DNA of 64,000 bases from Protoeuglena noctilucae (lineage: Eukaryota). Shown in pieces: positions 37,080-48,987 of this stretch (position 1 is its first letter; each line of letters begins with the position of its first letter). The notes beneath the pieces were generated by a model. It had not been told where the DNA came from and did no database searches. It saw only the letters and a program-made list of their open reading frames with translations. A program made the translations under genes and the position numbers. Location: positions 310,001-374,000 of the forward strand of contig OY253689.1 of assembly GCA_958009085.1 (NCBI GenBank), in the 5' to 3' direction.

Positions 37080-37938
37080 GGGGGCGGAGAGGGGTGGGGG
37101 TGAATGGGGGTGATGGTGGGGGTGGGGTGATGGGGGTGATGGGGGTGGGGGTGGGGAGTGAAGCGGTGGAGGAGGGAGGAGAATAAGCAGTGAGGATGGT
37201 GGTGATCAGGAGCGCAAGCAGGGAGGGGTGGGGTGGATTGGAATGGGGGTCGCTGTGATGGGGAGCACAGGCAGTGGTAGGTGGGATGGATGGCAGGTTG
37301 GGGGTGACGAGTGGGTGGGGAAGTGGGCGTGGAAGCGTGGATCTGGGGAGTGGTTGTTTATGTGAATAGGCAGGAGGGCCAGTGCCACTTGCCGCCTGCC
37401 ACATCGCGATCGGCAGGCCCATGAGCACTATGCCCCCTGTCACGGCACGTTGTTAGCTTCCCTTTTCTTTGACTGTAGGCACGGGGATCCCTGTAGCCCT
37501 CTCTTTTGCCATTCGCGGCGAGTCATGCACCGCTTGCCAAGCTCCGGCAGCTCCTGTTTCATGCGGCGGCGGTGTCAGGGATTGAAAGGCACGCGGCAGC
37601 GCCCACGGCAGCCCCACATGTGCGGGGTGAATGCGGCTAGAATTTCGCTAGCCACCCGCTTGCCCTTAGTAGGCCAAATAACGCAGCTACTGCCATGCCA
37701 CTGCTGCCATCTCAGCGCCCCTACACCCCTATGGGCCTCCCCCCCCCACCTCCATAACCTCCCCCACCCCCTCCAATGCCAAGCATAACCCCCCCAAACA
37801 CATCCCACATCGCCACCCGTGACCCTTCCCATCCTCAAGCCCCCGCGGGCCTCCCCCCCCACCTCAGGCCCCAACCCCCACCCCCCATCACCCCCTTCCC
37901 CCATCACCAAACGCAACAACTGTATACCCTCCCCGTCC

Positions 37939-40500
37939 CTACGCCCCCACGGGCCTCCCCCCCCCCACCTCCGTGGCCTCCCCGAACGCCACCACATCCA
38001 CATACTTAGCCACCACGGTCCTCCCATCGAAAATGCGACCATCGATGCCCTTTCGTGCCTTGTCGGCGGCATCTATCGTGTCGAACTGCATGTACACTTT
38101 GCCGTAGTGTCCCTTGCCGTAAAATTCATCCAAGTCCTCGGGGCGGGGGCGGGGGGCCACGACGGACACAACGCGGCCGGCCTCCTCGCAGATGCGGTTG
38201 CACTCCTCTTTGGCGTCGAGGAGCAGGTCCTTGTACTGTGTGTGGGGAGAGGGGGTAAGGGGTTGTTACTGTGAGTGGGTGAGGGAGCGAGGGAGCGAGT
38301 GAGTGAGTGAGTGGGTGAGTGAGTGAGTGAGTGAGCAAGTGGCAGATGCGGTTGCACTCCCACTCACCATCTCATCATCCGCCAGGTCGTTCTTAGACGC
38401 CATGTTCTCCAGGCGCAGGTAGTAGCTGCGCGTCCCGGCCGGCTGACCGTCCGCCGCCTTCTCCACCTCAGCCGTGCGAAGGCGCTCGGCCTCCTGGCGA
38501 CGGTACTCGTCAATGTCCACGCCCTGGGAAGTGAGTGAGTGGGAGGGGGTGAATGGTGAGTGAGTGGGGGTGAGTGAAGCGTTTGTTGCCTGCTCCCTCA
38601 GCCTCGCAGCTCCCCATTCAACACCCACCCACTCCCCTGGTCAAACAGCCTCAGGTCCTCCTCCGCCCTCCTCACCCTAACCCCACCTACTCCACCCACC
38701 CAACTCGCCTGGTCAAATAGCCTCGCAACTCCCCATCTAGCCCCCACTCCCACTCAACTCACCTGGTCGAACAGCCTCAGGTCCTCCTCGGCCCTCCTCA
38801 GCTCCTCCAGCTGCTTGTTGGGGTCGACCCACCCCGACGGCCGCCCAATCGACAGCGGGCTGCCCATCAGCTCCACCCCGTTCAGATGCAGCGCCGTGGT
38901 GGCCATCGTCGCGTTGCGGAACTCCACGAACGCGTACTTGCCCTCCGTGTGCATGTTGATGTTCTTGACGGCCTCGTTGCCAGGAACTGACGTTTCAGGA
39001 AACGCCTTGGCGAGAGAGGCGTTGAAGAGCTCGCGTAGGTGGTGCGGCTGCACCTGCCCGATCGCGAGGTTGCCCACGTAGATTTCCCGCTGCTTGATGC
39101 CTGACGTGAGGGTCTCCCAGATGCGCTCGCCCGAAAAGCTCGCGTTGGGGCCGGCGATCTGGGGGGAGGAGAGGGTGGGGCGGGTTGCTTGGGTGGGTGC
39201 GGGTGCGAGCACGCACCTGCTACTTCCCCAGCCCCAGTCTCACCACAAGCTGCACCCCTGCACCTGCTTCATCCTCAGCTCTCATAAGCTTCACCTCCCC
39301 TCGACAGCCACCCCCATCCACACCCACCTGCTTCTCCATTAGCTCTCAACATGCACCTGCTCATTCTCCATCTCACTCATCCCCCACCCACCTGCTTCTT
39401 CATCAGCTCGAGCCTCGCCACCAGCTGCGCCCTCCTCTGCTGCCGCTGCTTTTCTTTAGGGTCCATCGCCCGCACCGCCGCCGTCTTGGCACGCAAGTGC
39501 GCAAAGGGGTCGGTCAGAACCTGGGGGGTGCGGATGGGGGCGGCGCCCGAGCGCCTGCGGGGGCGGGAGATGCGGAAGAGGGTGTCGCGATCACACAGGG
39601 GTGCTTGAGGTGTCACCGGGGTCTACGGGTGTGTGTGGGGGCAGTGGTTCAGGTGAGCACCTGGGCAAGCACGGGAAGGGAGAGCGGTGGCTGTGACGAG
39701 CGCAGCGAAAGGCAGAGTAGCTGTTGTAGCGATGAACATAGCACGACAGTTACCTGGGACTGGGGGACCGGCGGCGCTCGTAGCCCCGGCCGTCGTGGCG
39801 GTCCCGGTAGCTGCGGTCACTACGGTCGCGCTCCCGGTCGCGGTAGCTCCTGTCGCGGTCCCTGCCCCGGTCCCGATCTCTGTCCCTCTCACGGTCTCGA
39901 TCCCTGTCCCTCTCGCGGTCCCTCTCCCTGTCCCGGTCTCTCTCCCGATCCCTGCTGCGCTCCCGCTCCCGGTCACGGCTGCTGCCCCGCCCGTCCCTCC
40001 CCGCCTTCGCGGCGTCGTCATCCCTGGAAGCGCAGACGGAAAGAGAAAAGCTGAGCAGCCCGCGAGGAGCTTGTGAAAAAGCACGGAGACGGCGAGAGGG
40101 CCATCACGCAGCGCGGGCGACGGAAGCAAGCACCTCTTCGGCTGATCCGCGTGGCTGGGGGCGGCCGGCGCCGGAGGGAGACTCGAACCTTCTCCTGCGC
40201 CCGTCGGCGCTGTCGCCTGCGGCAGCGGGGCCCGGTATCGCCGGGGAAGCGGTTGCGAGCGGGAGCACGTCGTGCCGACTCTCACCGCGAACTCAGCAAA
40301 CGAACGCCTTGCCACCATTGCATTTGTCTCAATTAGCAGCGAACCATGTAGCAAAGCCTCCGCACCAAAGCCCGGACGACGCGGGCAGGGGTGCGTCACC
40401 CGCCCGCAGCGATGGGCAGCGCGCCTGGACAGCCCGGTGCGATGTATGGCATCCGTGGGACGCACCTGATCTCCGTCTGGCGTCATCGCCCCCCTCTCAT
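37939..40500 (-). CDS. U2AF large subunit (U2AF65)-like splicing factor: RD/RE-rich N-terminus, RRM1, UHM (3' end uncertain)
   Basis: RDRERERSRDRERD repeats; REIYVGNL..KYAFVEFR..ALHLNGVELMGSPLSIGRPSGW; LRLENMASKNDLADDEMYKDLLLDAKEEC..GKVYMQF..GRIFDGRTVVAKY. Confidence 0.85.
38295..38335. repeat. (GAGT)n intronic microsatellite
   Basis: gagtgagtgagtgagtgggtgagtgagt... Confidence 0.85.
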
Positions 40501-40838
40501 GAGCAGAGCTTGCGCACTGGTCGCCCAGCCCCAGCGCGGACTGTCCCGAGCCAAGCAGAATCCCTTTGGCAGTCCGGCCGATGCAGTCGAGGGCTCAGTG
40601 CCAAGGAATGCACCCGATGTGGGATGCGAGTGGCGGGGAAGGGCCAGACAGTGAAGCACTGGCGCAGCACGCGCCAGCCGCGCTCAGCTCCGAAGGAGAC
40701 TCGGGGCCCAGCTGGGCAAGAGGTCACTGGAGATCGTCTACGTCGGATGCCGGCACATCGGGGTTTAACTTGTGGGGATCTAGAAGGGCCATGCAATCCG
40801 CAGACTCCGCAGAAGCACAGCAGACACACTTTAGAGGC

Positions 40839-42103
40839 TCAGATGTTCTCGATATCCACAAACTCCTCGTCCGAGCCGCTGGACTCCTCCAGCGCCTCCG
40901 CGTTGCCCGTCGCGGGCTCGCCGAACTCGATGAAGTCGTCCAGCCCGCCCGTGTCCTCCTCGCCCTGAACCAGCGCGTCCGCGTCGTTCACGCGCCTGCG
41001 CGCAGCGAGAGCGAGCGTTTTACAACCCGCAGCGGGCGTTTGCGGGGGTCTGGAGCGCGCCGAGTCCCTGCTCTGCTCACCAGTGGTCCGGCAGCTCCTT
41101 GTAGGCCTTCAGCGACCTCGCCTCGTCGGCCATGTACTTGAGGATGACGTCCGCCTTCTCGTCCTGGAAGTCACTGCGGGCGACGAAGGCGCGAGCCGCG
41201 CTGGAGCGGAGACAACGGCGCCGGGCGAACAGCGCGGCACGGCAGCGCCGCCCGGCCCCGGGATCGCGCGCAGCGCATCCAGCATCCCTCGAAATCCACA
41301 GAGGTTGTCGAAGCCGGGCGCGCGGGGGCCGGAGCGTTCGCAGAACGGCCCGGGGAGCATCGTACTCCAGAAAAGCTCACCGCAGGCCCACCAGGATGAT
41401 GTCCCCAGCGTTAATCCACACCCGCTTCCGCATCTTGCCACGAATGTGACACAGGCGCTTGGTGTTGTCCATGCACATGGCCTCCAGGCGCCCGTTCCCC
41501 AGCATCCTCAGAACCTGCAAGCCCAAGGGCACCGCGGGGCCGTGCTCCCCGCCTCCGGCGGCGCGGACGATGCGGCCAGCAGGCATAGAAACTGCCTGCT
41601 TGCGGGCATACCTCAACGACGCCCCGGCGCCGCGCAGGCCCGGCCAGCCGGCGCTGCTCACCTGCGCATACTCCTGGCCATCCTCCTTGAACACGAGCTC
41701 GCGCTTCTCCTGCAAAGGACGGGGAGGACGACGATGCACCGGTGCTGTCGATGCCGGGATCGTCGGGCGACGGCGGCGAATCAAGTTCGGGACGCACGAA
41801 AAAGACGGGCCTCCCCGTCCGCCCATGCGGCGCTCAGCACTCAGAACGGCATCGGCACGACACTCCTATGTGAGCATTACCGAATGCGAACGGACACAGC
41901 GCCGCTGCCGGGGCCCTGCCCACGCGGGGCCGCTCCCCCACCCGGAGCACGCGCAACCGCGCTCTGAGCGCGGGCGGGGGCGCCTATGCGTGCTTCGCCC
42001 AGCATCGCGTTCTATATGACTTCCTCCCTGACGTGCTCACCTGCTCGTCCCTCTTCTTCCTGCGCGCGTTCTTTCCCCCCTTCTTGGACTTGCCAGGTGG
42101 CAT
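40839..42103 (-). CDS. EIF1A: Translation initiation factor eIF1A
   Basis: [63 protein letters not shown], acidic tail ending DIENI*. Confidence 0.97.
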
Positions 42104-42415
42104 CGCTTCCCTGCGCTCCCTGTCTCTGTTCGGTCCGATAAGAAGCGAGGTTGAGTGGGTCAGATATGGCCCGGGCAGGACCGGGCCGGCGCGGATGAAG
42201 CGGCTGGCAGCGCGTCAGGCGGGTCTGGCGCGAAGCCTGCCGCCAGGAAGAAACGGCCGTCCACCGCAAATGCATGCACGCCACTCTTTTCGCATGTTTG
42301 TGGAAGAGACACCGTTACCGCGGCTCCCTCGACCCTCTGGGCTACCCTTTGCGCGCACATTCGGGCAGGGAAGGCGGCTCGAGCGAGCCTGGGACTCGGG
42401 AGGGTGGGGGCAGGC

Positions 42416-43850
42416 ATGACGCCGTTCGCGAAGCTCATGCTGGAGGCGCTGGGCTACGCGAAGGAGGTCCCAGGTAACCGTGGGGCGCGATCGCAGCGAT
42501 TGCAGCGCGCCGAGCACCCTCGCTCCGCTCCGCGAACCCCGCGCGCGTGGCTTCGCAGATCCTGCGGACGAGGAGGCCTTGAGGCAGCTGGTGGTGTGGT
42601 TGGAGGACCATAAGATCCGCGCCCTCAAGAAAGACGAGCGGCAGCACATCCGGGACACCAAATCGCCGCAGTGGCCCACCACGTGAGGCAAAAGGGCTTA
42701 TGTCTGAACCACTGTCGTCTTCTGCAAGTTCCGCATGCAATCCCGGGTTCCTCGCGTGCGCATCGCCGCAGGTTCGCCGGGTACCTCGATGAGTTGTCCT
42801 GCCCTGTGACCTACGGCCCCAAGACGAGGGCCCAAGTGATGGAATGGCTGCTGGCCCACGCCGTCAGCTACGAGGCGAGCGAAGGGACCTGCCATTTTGC
42901 CGTGGGGCCTTGGCAGGGACTGCCGAGCACGCCTGGCGCATTGGCCGCGGTCTTATGCTTGCATCAGCCGTCTTGTGTTCGCAGTGTGAGGACCGTCAGA
43001 GCGACATCCTGAGCATGCAGAAGGCGGCGGAAGCGTCCGCGCCGACTGCCGCACCGCCAGAAGTGCTCAAAGAACTCAACTCGAAAGAGTTCCGAACGGA
43101 GGTGACGTTTCGATGGCTAACGCCCATTGCGTGGGTTGCTAGACCGTGCTCAGCGCTGATTGGCGACGAGCAGACGGCCATGGGTCCACCTGCTTTGTGG
43201 ATTGCGCGCTAGCTGCGTTGGTGGCCTGTCGGGCCACCGTGACGGCCTCTCTACCCTGTTGGTCCTCGCAGCTGGGCCGCATCGCATCGGCTTTGGGCGT
43301 GTCCAGCACCGAGCCCTCCGAGCAGGCGCGGGCCATCCGCTCTGCGCTGCAGTCGCGAAGGTGCGGCGCCGCAACTCGATGCGCCACCCACCCCACCTGC
43401 AGCACATGTGCAGCCCGAGCATTTCCACACACAAGCACCTCATCCGATGGACCTAGTCTCACCAACTCGCAGAGTAACTCCGGAAAACTTCAGCGCGGAT
43501 GACATTGGCCCCGCCAACTTCCCGTCCGGCATCGAGATGGGCGACGACGCTCTGGACCACGGCGCCAGGATCCTGCGCATGCTCTTTGTCAAAGTGAATC
43601 GTTCGCAAGATGGGTCGCGATGTTTACTGCATCAGCGCAGCGAGATGGGTCGCGACGTGCACTGCATCTGCACTGACGTGACGCGCTCACAAGTGGCGCG
43701 TGCCTCGCACTGGCTTCAACGCAGCGCGCGCTACCCTGCCCGCAGGACCTCCGGGATCTGCAAACCCTGATCGACGAGTCGATCGTCGAGGCGCAGGGCT
43801 TCACGGCGAACCCCCGCACCGACGCCAAGCTAGGCAAGGTCGGCCGGTGA
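42416..43850 (+). CDS. RTRAF: RNA transcription, translation and transport factor (RTRAF/C14orf166 family)
   Basis: LVVWLEDHKIR, YLDELSCP, WLLAHAV, ARILRMLFVKDLRDLQTLIDESIVEAQGFTANPRTDAKLGKVGR*. Confidence 0.92.
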
Positions 43851-43941
43851 CGGCGGCGCTCAAGTCAGCCTGCGCCGCGCACGCACCCATCGACCCGGTC
43901 TCATCTCCCGGATAGGGTAGCTCGCCATCGGCTCCCTCGCC

Positions 43942-44621
43942 TCACGCCGGGAGGAGCACCGTGTCAGTGAAGTACACGACGGCCTTGTTGCATGCCTTGG
44001 CGGACTTGGAGACCGTGGCCACGTTGCCGGGCTTGCCGCCCATGATCTTGGTCGGCTTGAGGCTCTGCACGGTCAGCACCGTGCCCTGCGAGGGAAGCAG
44101 CCGGGCACAGTTCGAATCCCGTGCAGCGCCGTGCGTCGATGTCTAGTTCTACTGATGGGGTGCTGGGCTGCGTCGCTGCCGGCGCCCTTACCTGGTCCGA
44201 CTTGAGCTTCTCGCCGACCGTGGGCTTCTTGACGGCGTTGGCCACGATCTGGGTCTGCGCCACGGCCTTGTACACGGGGAGGTCCTGCGCGCTGAGCTGG
44301 GCCGCGCTCGTGACCCCGCGGCTCTTGAGCCACGCGCGGACCGCCGTCGTGGACGGGCAGAAGAGCGTGCCCTTGAAGCTCTTGCCCAGGGTGTCCTGGA
44401 GACCCGTGGCTTGCGCGATCAAGCCAATGTCGGCCGTTTGCGCCTGGAGGAACGGGGGTGCGCGGGGTCGTCGCACCGCGTGTCGTCGACGCGCCTCACG
44501 ACATCAGGCAACGCGCTGCTCAGCGGGCACCCACATTGCACAGCTCGAGAGCAGTCTTGCATGTGCCGAGGGCGGAGGCGGCGCCCGCCAGCGCCAGGAG
44601 GACGAAGTAGAGGCGCATCAT
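43942..44621 (-). CDS. Secreted single-FAS1 (fasciclin-like) protein, copy 1
   Basis: Signal peptide MMRLYFVLLALAGAASA; H1-like GTLFCPSTTA; H2-like ACNKAVVYFTDTVLLP*. Confidence 0.75.
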
Positions 44622-44753
44622 GGTTCTGCGGTCATCACACATCCCAAGTCTTGCTCAATCCCCGGAGCCGAGGGCGGGCCGCGAAGGGGCCGCGCCCTAC
44701 CTAGGTGGGTCCACCGAGGCCCCCATGCGAAACCGAGGAAACGCCCAATGCAA

Positions 44754-45136
44754 GCCCCTGCCACAGCTTCGTCGCATCCACAACCCCCCTCCACGCCCGT
44801 CGAGACGAGGCCCCGCCCCCGCCGCCGCCCATCGCGGCGCGGCGGGGTCGGTGCCGGTTGCAACGGTCGGCGGCCCGCGTCGGCCCAGCGCGCTCACCTG
44901 GTCCGCGTTTCCGAGCCGAGCGTGGAGGAAATCGTGCGTCGCGGCGACTGCCGTACGCTCTTCTCGATCCCCGCGGGTCTCGGGATCCCGGCAGGGCGGT
45001 GCCACTGCAACACCCTGGCGCCGGGCAGGGCCGGCAGGCGAGCGCCCGAAGGCACGGCGGAATCGGGCGGCGGCGCGTGTGTCGAGTGCAGCCCCGGCCG
45101 CCGTCCCGGGCGGCGGTCAGGGGCCGGGGGACGATG
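44754..45136. repeat. 383-bp direct repeat, copy 1 (identical by eye to 46827-47209; lower similarity continues about 150 bp further)
   Basis: Same sequence from gcccctgccacagcttcg to gggccgggggacgatg at offset 2073. Confidence 0.92.
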
Positions 45137-45934
45137 ACGCATGTGCGTCGGCTCGTCCGCCCCCTCGCGTCCGCACGGTGCCGCAACTGGCTCGAGGATG
45201 TAGGGCTGAGACGGCAGCGGGTGTCGGCTCCTCGCAGCCAGAGCGTGGGCCGCAGGGACAGCGCCGGGGGCGCGCAGAGCGGGGCCGTCTTCACGACGCT
45301 GCAGGAGGCATCTAGGAGGACCCGCGACGTTCTGGAGCTCGACTTGCGTGGTAGCGACGAGTTGATATGCAGAAATGTCTTTTGCGAGAAGCTGGGGGAG
45401 CCGTGCGTATGCAGGTGCGACGAAGAGGCCTGCGCGACCTCCACGCGCGCTCGAGAAGGTCTCGCTGCCGCGCACATCGCCAATGCCCCTCGTTTCCCTC
45501 ACCAGACTCGCATCTGTTCTCGAGCGGACGAAGAACGTGCGGCGTCTCGTCCTGAGAGGCTGCGGCATCGGCGCCGTGCCGGACGGCGTGTGGCACTTGC
45601 CTCTGCTGCGTAGCCTGGACCTCTCCGGCAATCGACTCGACTCGCTGCGCGTGCCTGACAACGGAGGACTGGCATTGGAGGAGCTCGTCCTGTCGGACAA
45701 TCCACAGCTGCGCGTCTTCGATGCTGGAAAGGGCGCACTGCCCATTCTCCGAACGCTGGACCTCAGGTGTGACAGCAGATTTCAGAAAAAGCTCTTCATC
45801 CTTTCTCGCTCCCATGTAACTTTGATGTGTCAGCTGCCATGAACTGCCCCCGCAGGGGATGCGACCGTTGCGAGTTGGGTCCTGGGATCGCGTACGTACA
45901 GCACTGGGCGGGGGGCATGGAGCTGCATCGCTAG
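45134..45934 (+). CDS. Small leucine-rich-repeat protein (3 exons; start uncertain)
   Basis: VRRLVLRGCGI, LRSLDLSGNRL, LEELVLSDNPQL and LRTLDLRGC are LxxLxLxxN/C repeats; introns are phase-compatible. Confidence 0.75.
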
Positions 45935-46068
45935 GGCAAGCACAGAGCGGAGGAGCATTCATGATTGAAGCAGAGTTACTCTGCTCCACGTCCAACGACG
46001 GTTGTCAGCAAGCTTATGCGTTGCAATGAGCAGCCAGGCTTATCTATCTTTGTGAGATGGTCGCCATC

Positions 46069-46769
46069 TCACGCCGGAAGCAGCACCGCGTCCGTGAAGT
46101 ACACGATGGCCTTGTTGCACGCCTTGGCAGCACGGCTGATGGTGGCCACGTTGCCGGGCTTGCCGCCCATGATCTTGGTCGGCTTGAGGCTCTGCACAGT
46201 GAGCACCGTGCCCTGCGAGGGGTCGGCGAACGAGAGCCATTGGTGGCTGCAGAGCTCTCCCGCCCGTGGTCGGGTTTAATGCACGATAAGCAAGGGACGT
46301 GTGTATCATGCATCAACTGGCGTACCAACCTACCTGGTCTGACTTGAATTTCTCCCCAACTGCGAACTTCTTGATCGCCATGCTCGAGACGATGTTGGTC
46401 TGGGTCACGGCTTTGTAAAGGGGAACGTTCGCAGGGCTGAGCTGCACACCGACGTTGTTACTGTCGGCTGGGGAGAGCCAAGCTTGGACGGCCTCGGTGG
46501 AGGGGCAGAAAACGGTCCCACGGAAAACTTGACCGGGCGCCACGTGCACGCCGGCGGCGTTCGCGATCACGCCCACCTCGGGCGTGTGCTCCTGCGCACA
46601 CAGGCGGCATGTTGACGGGGCATGCGGGTCGGGGGTTCATGCTCGACACGTCCACGCCTCGCCAGATGCTTACAATGCAAAGCTGGAGGGCCGTCTTGCA
46701 CGTGTTCTCCGCTGGTACGCATGCGGCGACACCCGCCAGCGAAAAGAGGACGAGGATGAAGCGCATCAT
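46069..46769 (-). CDS. Secreted single-FAS1 (fasciclin-like) protein, copy 2
   Basis: MMRFILVLFSLAGVAA; GTVFCPSTEA; ACNKAIVYFTDAVLLP*; same exon layout as copy 1. Confidence 0.75.
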
Positions 46770-46826
46770 GGTCCTGCGGCCGCCAGCATCCTGTCCCTCG
46801 TTTCCAGCCGCCCGAGCCGCGCGCGG

Positions 46827-47209
46827 GCCCCTGCCACAGCTTCGTCGCATCCACAACCCCCCTCCACGCCCGTCGAGACGAGGCCCCGCCCCCGCCGCCG
46901 CCCATCGCGGCGCGGCGGGGTCGGTGCCGGTTGCAACGGTCGGCGGCCCGCGTCGGCCCAGCGCGCTCACCTGGTCCGCGTTTCCGAGCCGAGCGTGGAG
47001 GAAATCGTGCGTCGCGGCGACTGCCGTACGCTCTTCTCGATCCCCGCGGGTCTCGGGATCCCGGCAGGGCGGTGCCACTGCAACACCCTGGCGCCGGGCA
47101 GGGCCGGCAGGCGAGCGCCCGAAGGCACGGCGGAATCGGGCGGCGGCGCGTGTGTCGAGTGCAGCCCCGGCCGCCGTCCCGGGCGGCGGTCAGGGGCCGG
47201 GGGACGATG
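46827..47209. repeat. 383-bp direct repeat, copy 2
   Basis: Matches 44754-45136. Confidence 0.92.
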
Positions 47210-47365
47210 GCGCATGTGCGGCGCTTCGTCGGCCCCCTCGCGTCCGCAGGGGGCCGCAGCTGGCTCGGCGAAGTGCTCCTGGGTCAGCAACGGGTGTTGG
47301 CTTCCTGCAGCCAGAGCGTGGGCCGCAGGCACAGCGCCGGGAGCGCGCAGAGCGGGGCCGTTTGC
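47207..47365 (+). pseudogene. Truncated duplicate of the 5' end of the LRR gene
   Basis: MAHVRRFVGPLASA..SQSVGRRHSAGSAQSGAV aligns with the 45134 copy, then homology stops; no LRRs follow. Confidence 0.6.
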
Positions 47366-47544
47366 AGGATGCGTGTGGAGCAGCTGGGGCGGCCGTCAAC
47401 TCGAGAAGCTGACGAGACCAAGTGTTGTGTAATTGTCACCTTCAAGCGAGCGCCTCATCAAGGAGAGTTCATCTCATGCAAGGAACACAGGGGGCGGCGG
47501 AGTCCCACCCTGGACATGGGCGACGCATGGCAGAGTGGCACTGC

Positions 47545-48610
47545 TCAGTAGTCGGTCTTGCGGTACGACGAGGTCGAGAAGGAGGAGGAGGAGGAGGAGG
47601 AAGACGAGCCCTTGAGCTCCTGGCCCGTCATCTCCTTGTAGAAGCCGCGGACCTTCTCGGTGAGCTCCTCGCGGTTGGGTCCGAAGATGAGGTAGCGGTA
47701 GGCGAACCACGAGCTGAAGATGAGGCCGACCATCTCGAGGAAGCCGCCCATCAGCGGAAGCTTGTTCACGGCGTCCAGCAGGCCCGACGTGCCCCACAGC
47801 GCCACGAAGGCCGCCGTCACGATGGCTACGACCGCGGGCTTCTCGTCCGTCGCGTCCCACGCGGACTTGAGGTCCTGAGGCAGGGTGGTGGGAAGGAGAA
47901 TGGAGTAACGTTCAGGGGTCGGCGGACGGACGGGGCCAGGAGTACAAACGCTCCCGCCGCTGCGCTCTTCGTACCTTAAGCAGGACCTCGACCTTCTCCG
48001 CGGCGGCGTCGGCGATGTCCTTCCCCTGCTTCTTCACGCCGTCGTTCATGGGCGTCGTCTTGGAGGAGCTCGTGGCGCTGGCGCGCACTGCGGGGGGAAG
48101 AAAGGCAGGAAGGACAGTTAGGCGGAGCCCGAGCCACGCGGGGCCCGGCGGCGGTCACGCGCGAGCGCAACGAGCGCCGATGACGAATTGAAATGAGCGA
48201 GAGCCTGAACCCGCGGCCAGATCAGGCGGCCCGGCGCGAACGACCGTCTCGACGGGCGCGGAGGCGGAGGGCGCGCGACCGGATCGCCCTGTGCATCGCA
48301 GGAACCGAAAACGACGGCGAGGAGCTCAGATACGCGGGTCCCAGCGACCCAGACGCAGCCTCCCGGCCGCAAGGGTGCAACCGTTTTTGCGGAAGCTGGT
48401 GCGGCGCTCACCGGAGGCGAACGAGGCCGCCCGCGACACCTTGGCCGAGGACCTGCGGAATAAAAGACGAGGGCGACGAGATCCGGGCCTATACGCGCCG
48501 GGCTGGGCGGCAACGGGGGCGGCCCCCTCGGGCGCGAACGCGGCCGACCGCGGCCCTTGCGGGCCCGGACGAGGCCTGCCAGCGGCCAAAACGGTTACGG
48601 AGCGGCGCAT
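47545..48610 (-). CDS. CURT1: CURVATURE THYLAKOID 1 (CAAD domain) protein; transit-peptide exons uncertain
   Basis: WDATDEKPAVV..ALWGTSGLLDAVNKLPLMGGFLEMVGLIFSSWFAYRYLIFGPNREEL. Confidence 0.88.
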
Positions 48611-48987
48611 TGTAGTCACGGATCCCTCTCGCGGGCCCCGCCTGAGCCGCAGGAGCGCGCAGCGCCTGCTCAACAACGGGACTCGCTGCCATCGACCTCC
48701 GCGCGCCGTGCGCGGCTCGCCGAGGCCGAGCGCACGCGTCGTGGATAATCGAACACTCCACGCGGTCCCGATCAATCCCGCGAGCCGGCAGTCACCTCAG
48801 GGGCATGGCCCGAACGCTCACGGAGGTAGCGGCGATCATTTTTGCTTCGGCGAGGTGACGAGGAGTCGATGTAGATACGGTTCAGATTGTCGGACGGCTT
48901 GGCAGGGCTCCCGCGGAAGAGGGGGCCGCAAGGCCATGGGGCAACCCCGGTCAGACAGCCAGCAAAGGGGACGCGGGGGTCAGGAGC

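Noticed and set aside
37061..37230. aagcagtgagg repeated after the chromo-like gene stop
   Set aside because: Match too short and purine-rich to count as an echo; it may instead be a donor of a further intron.
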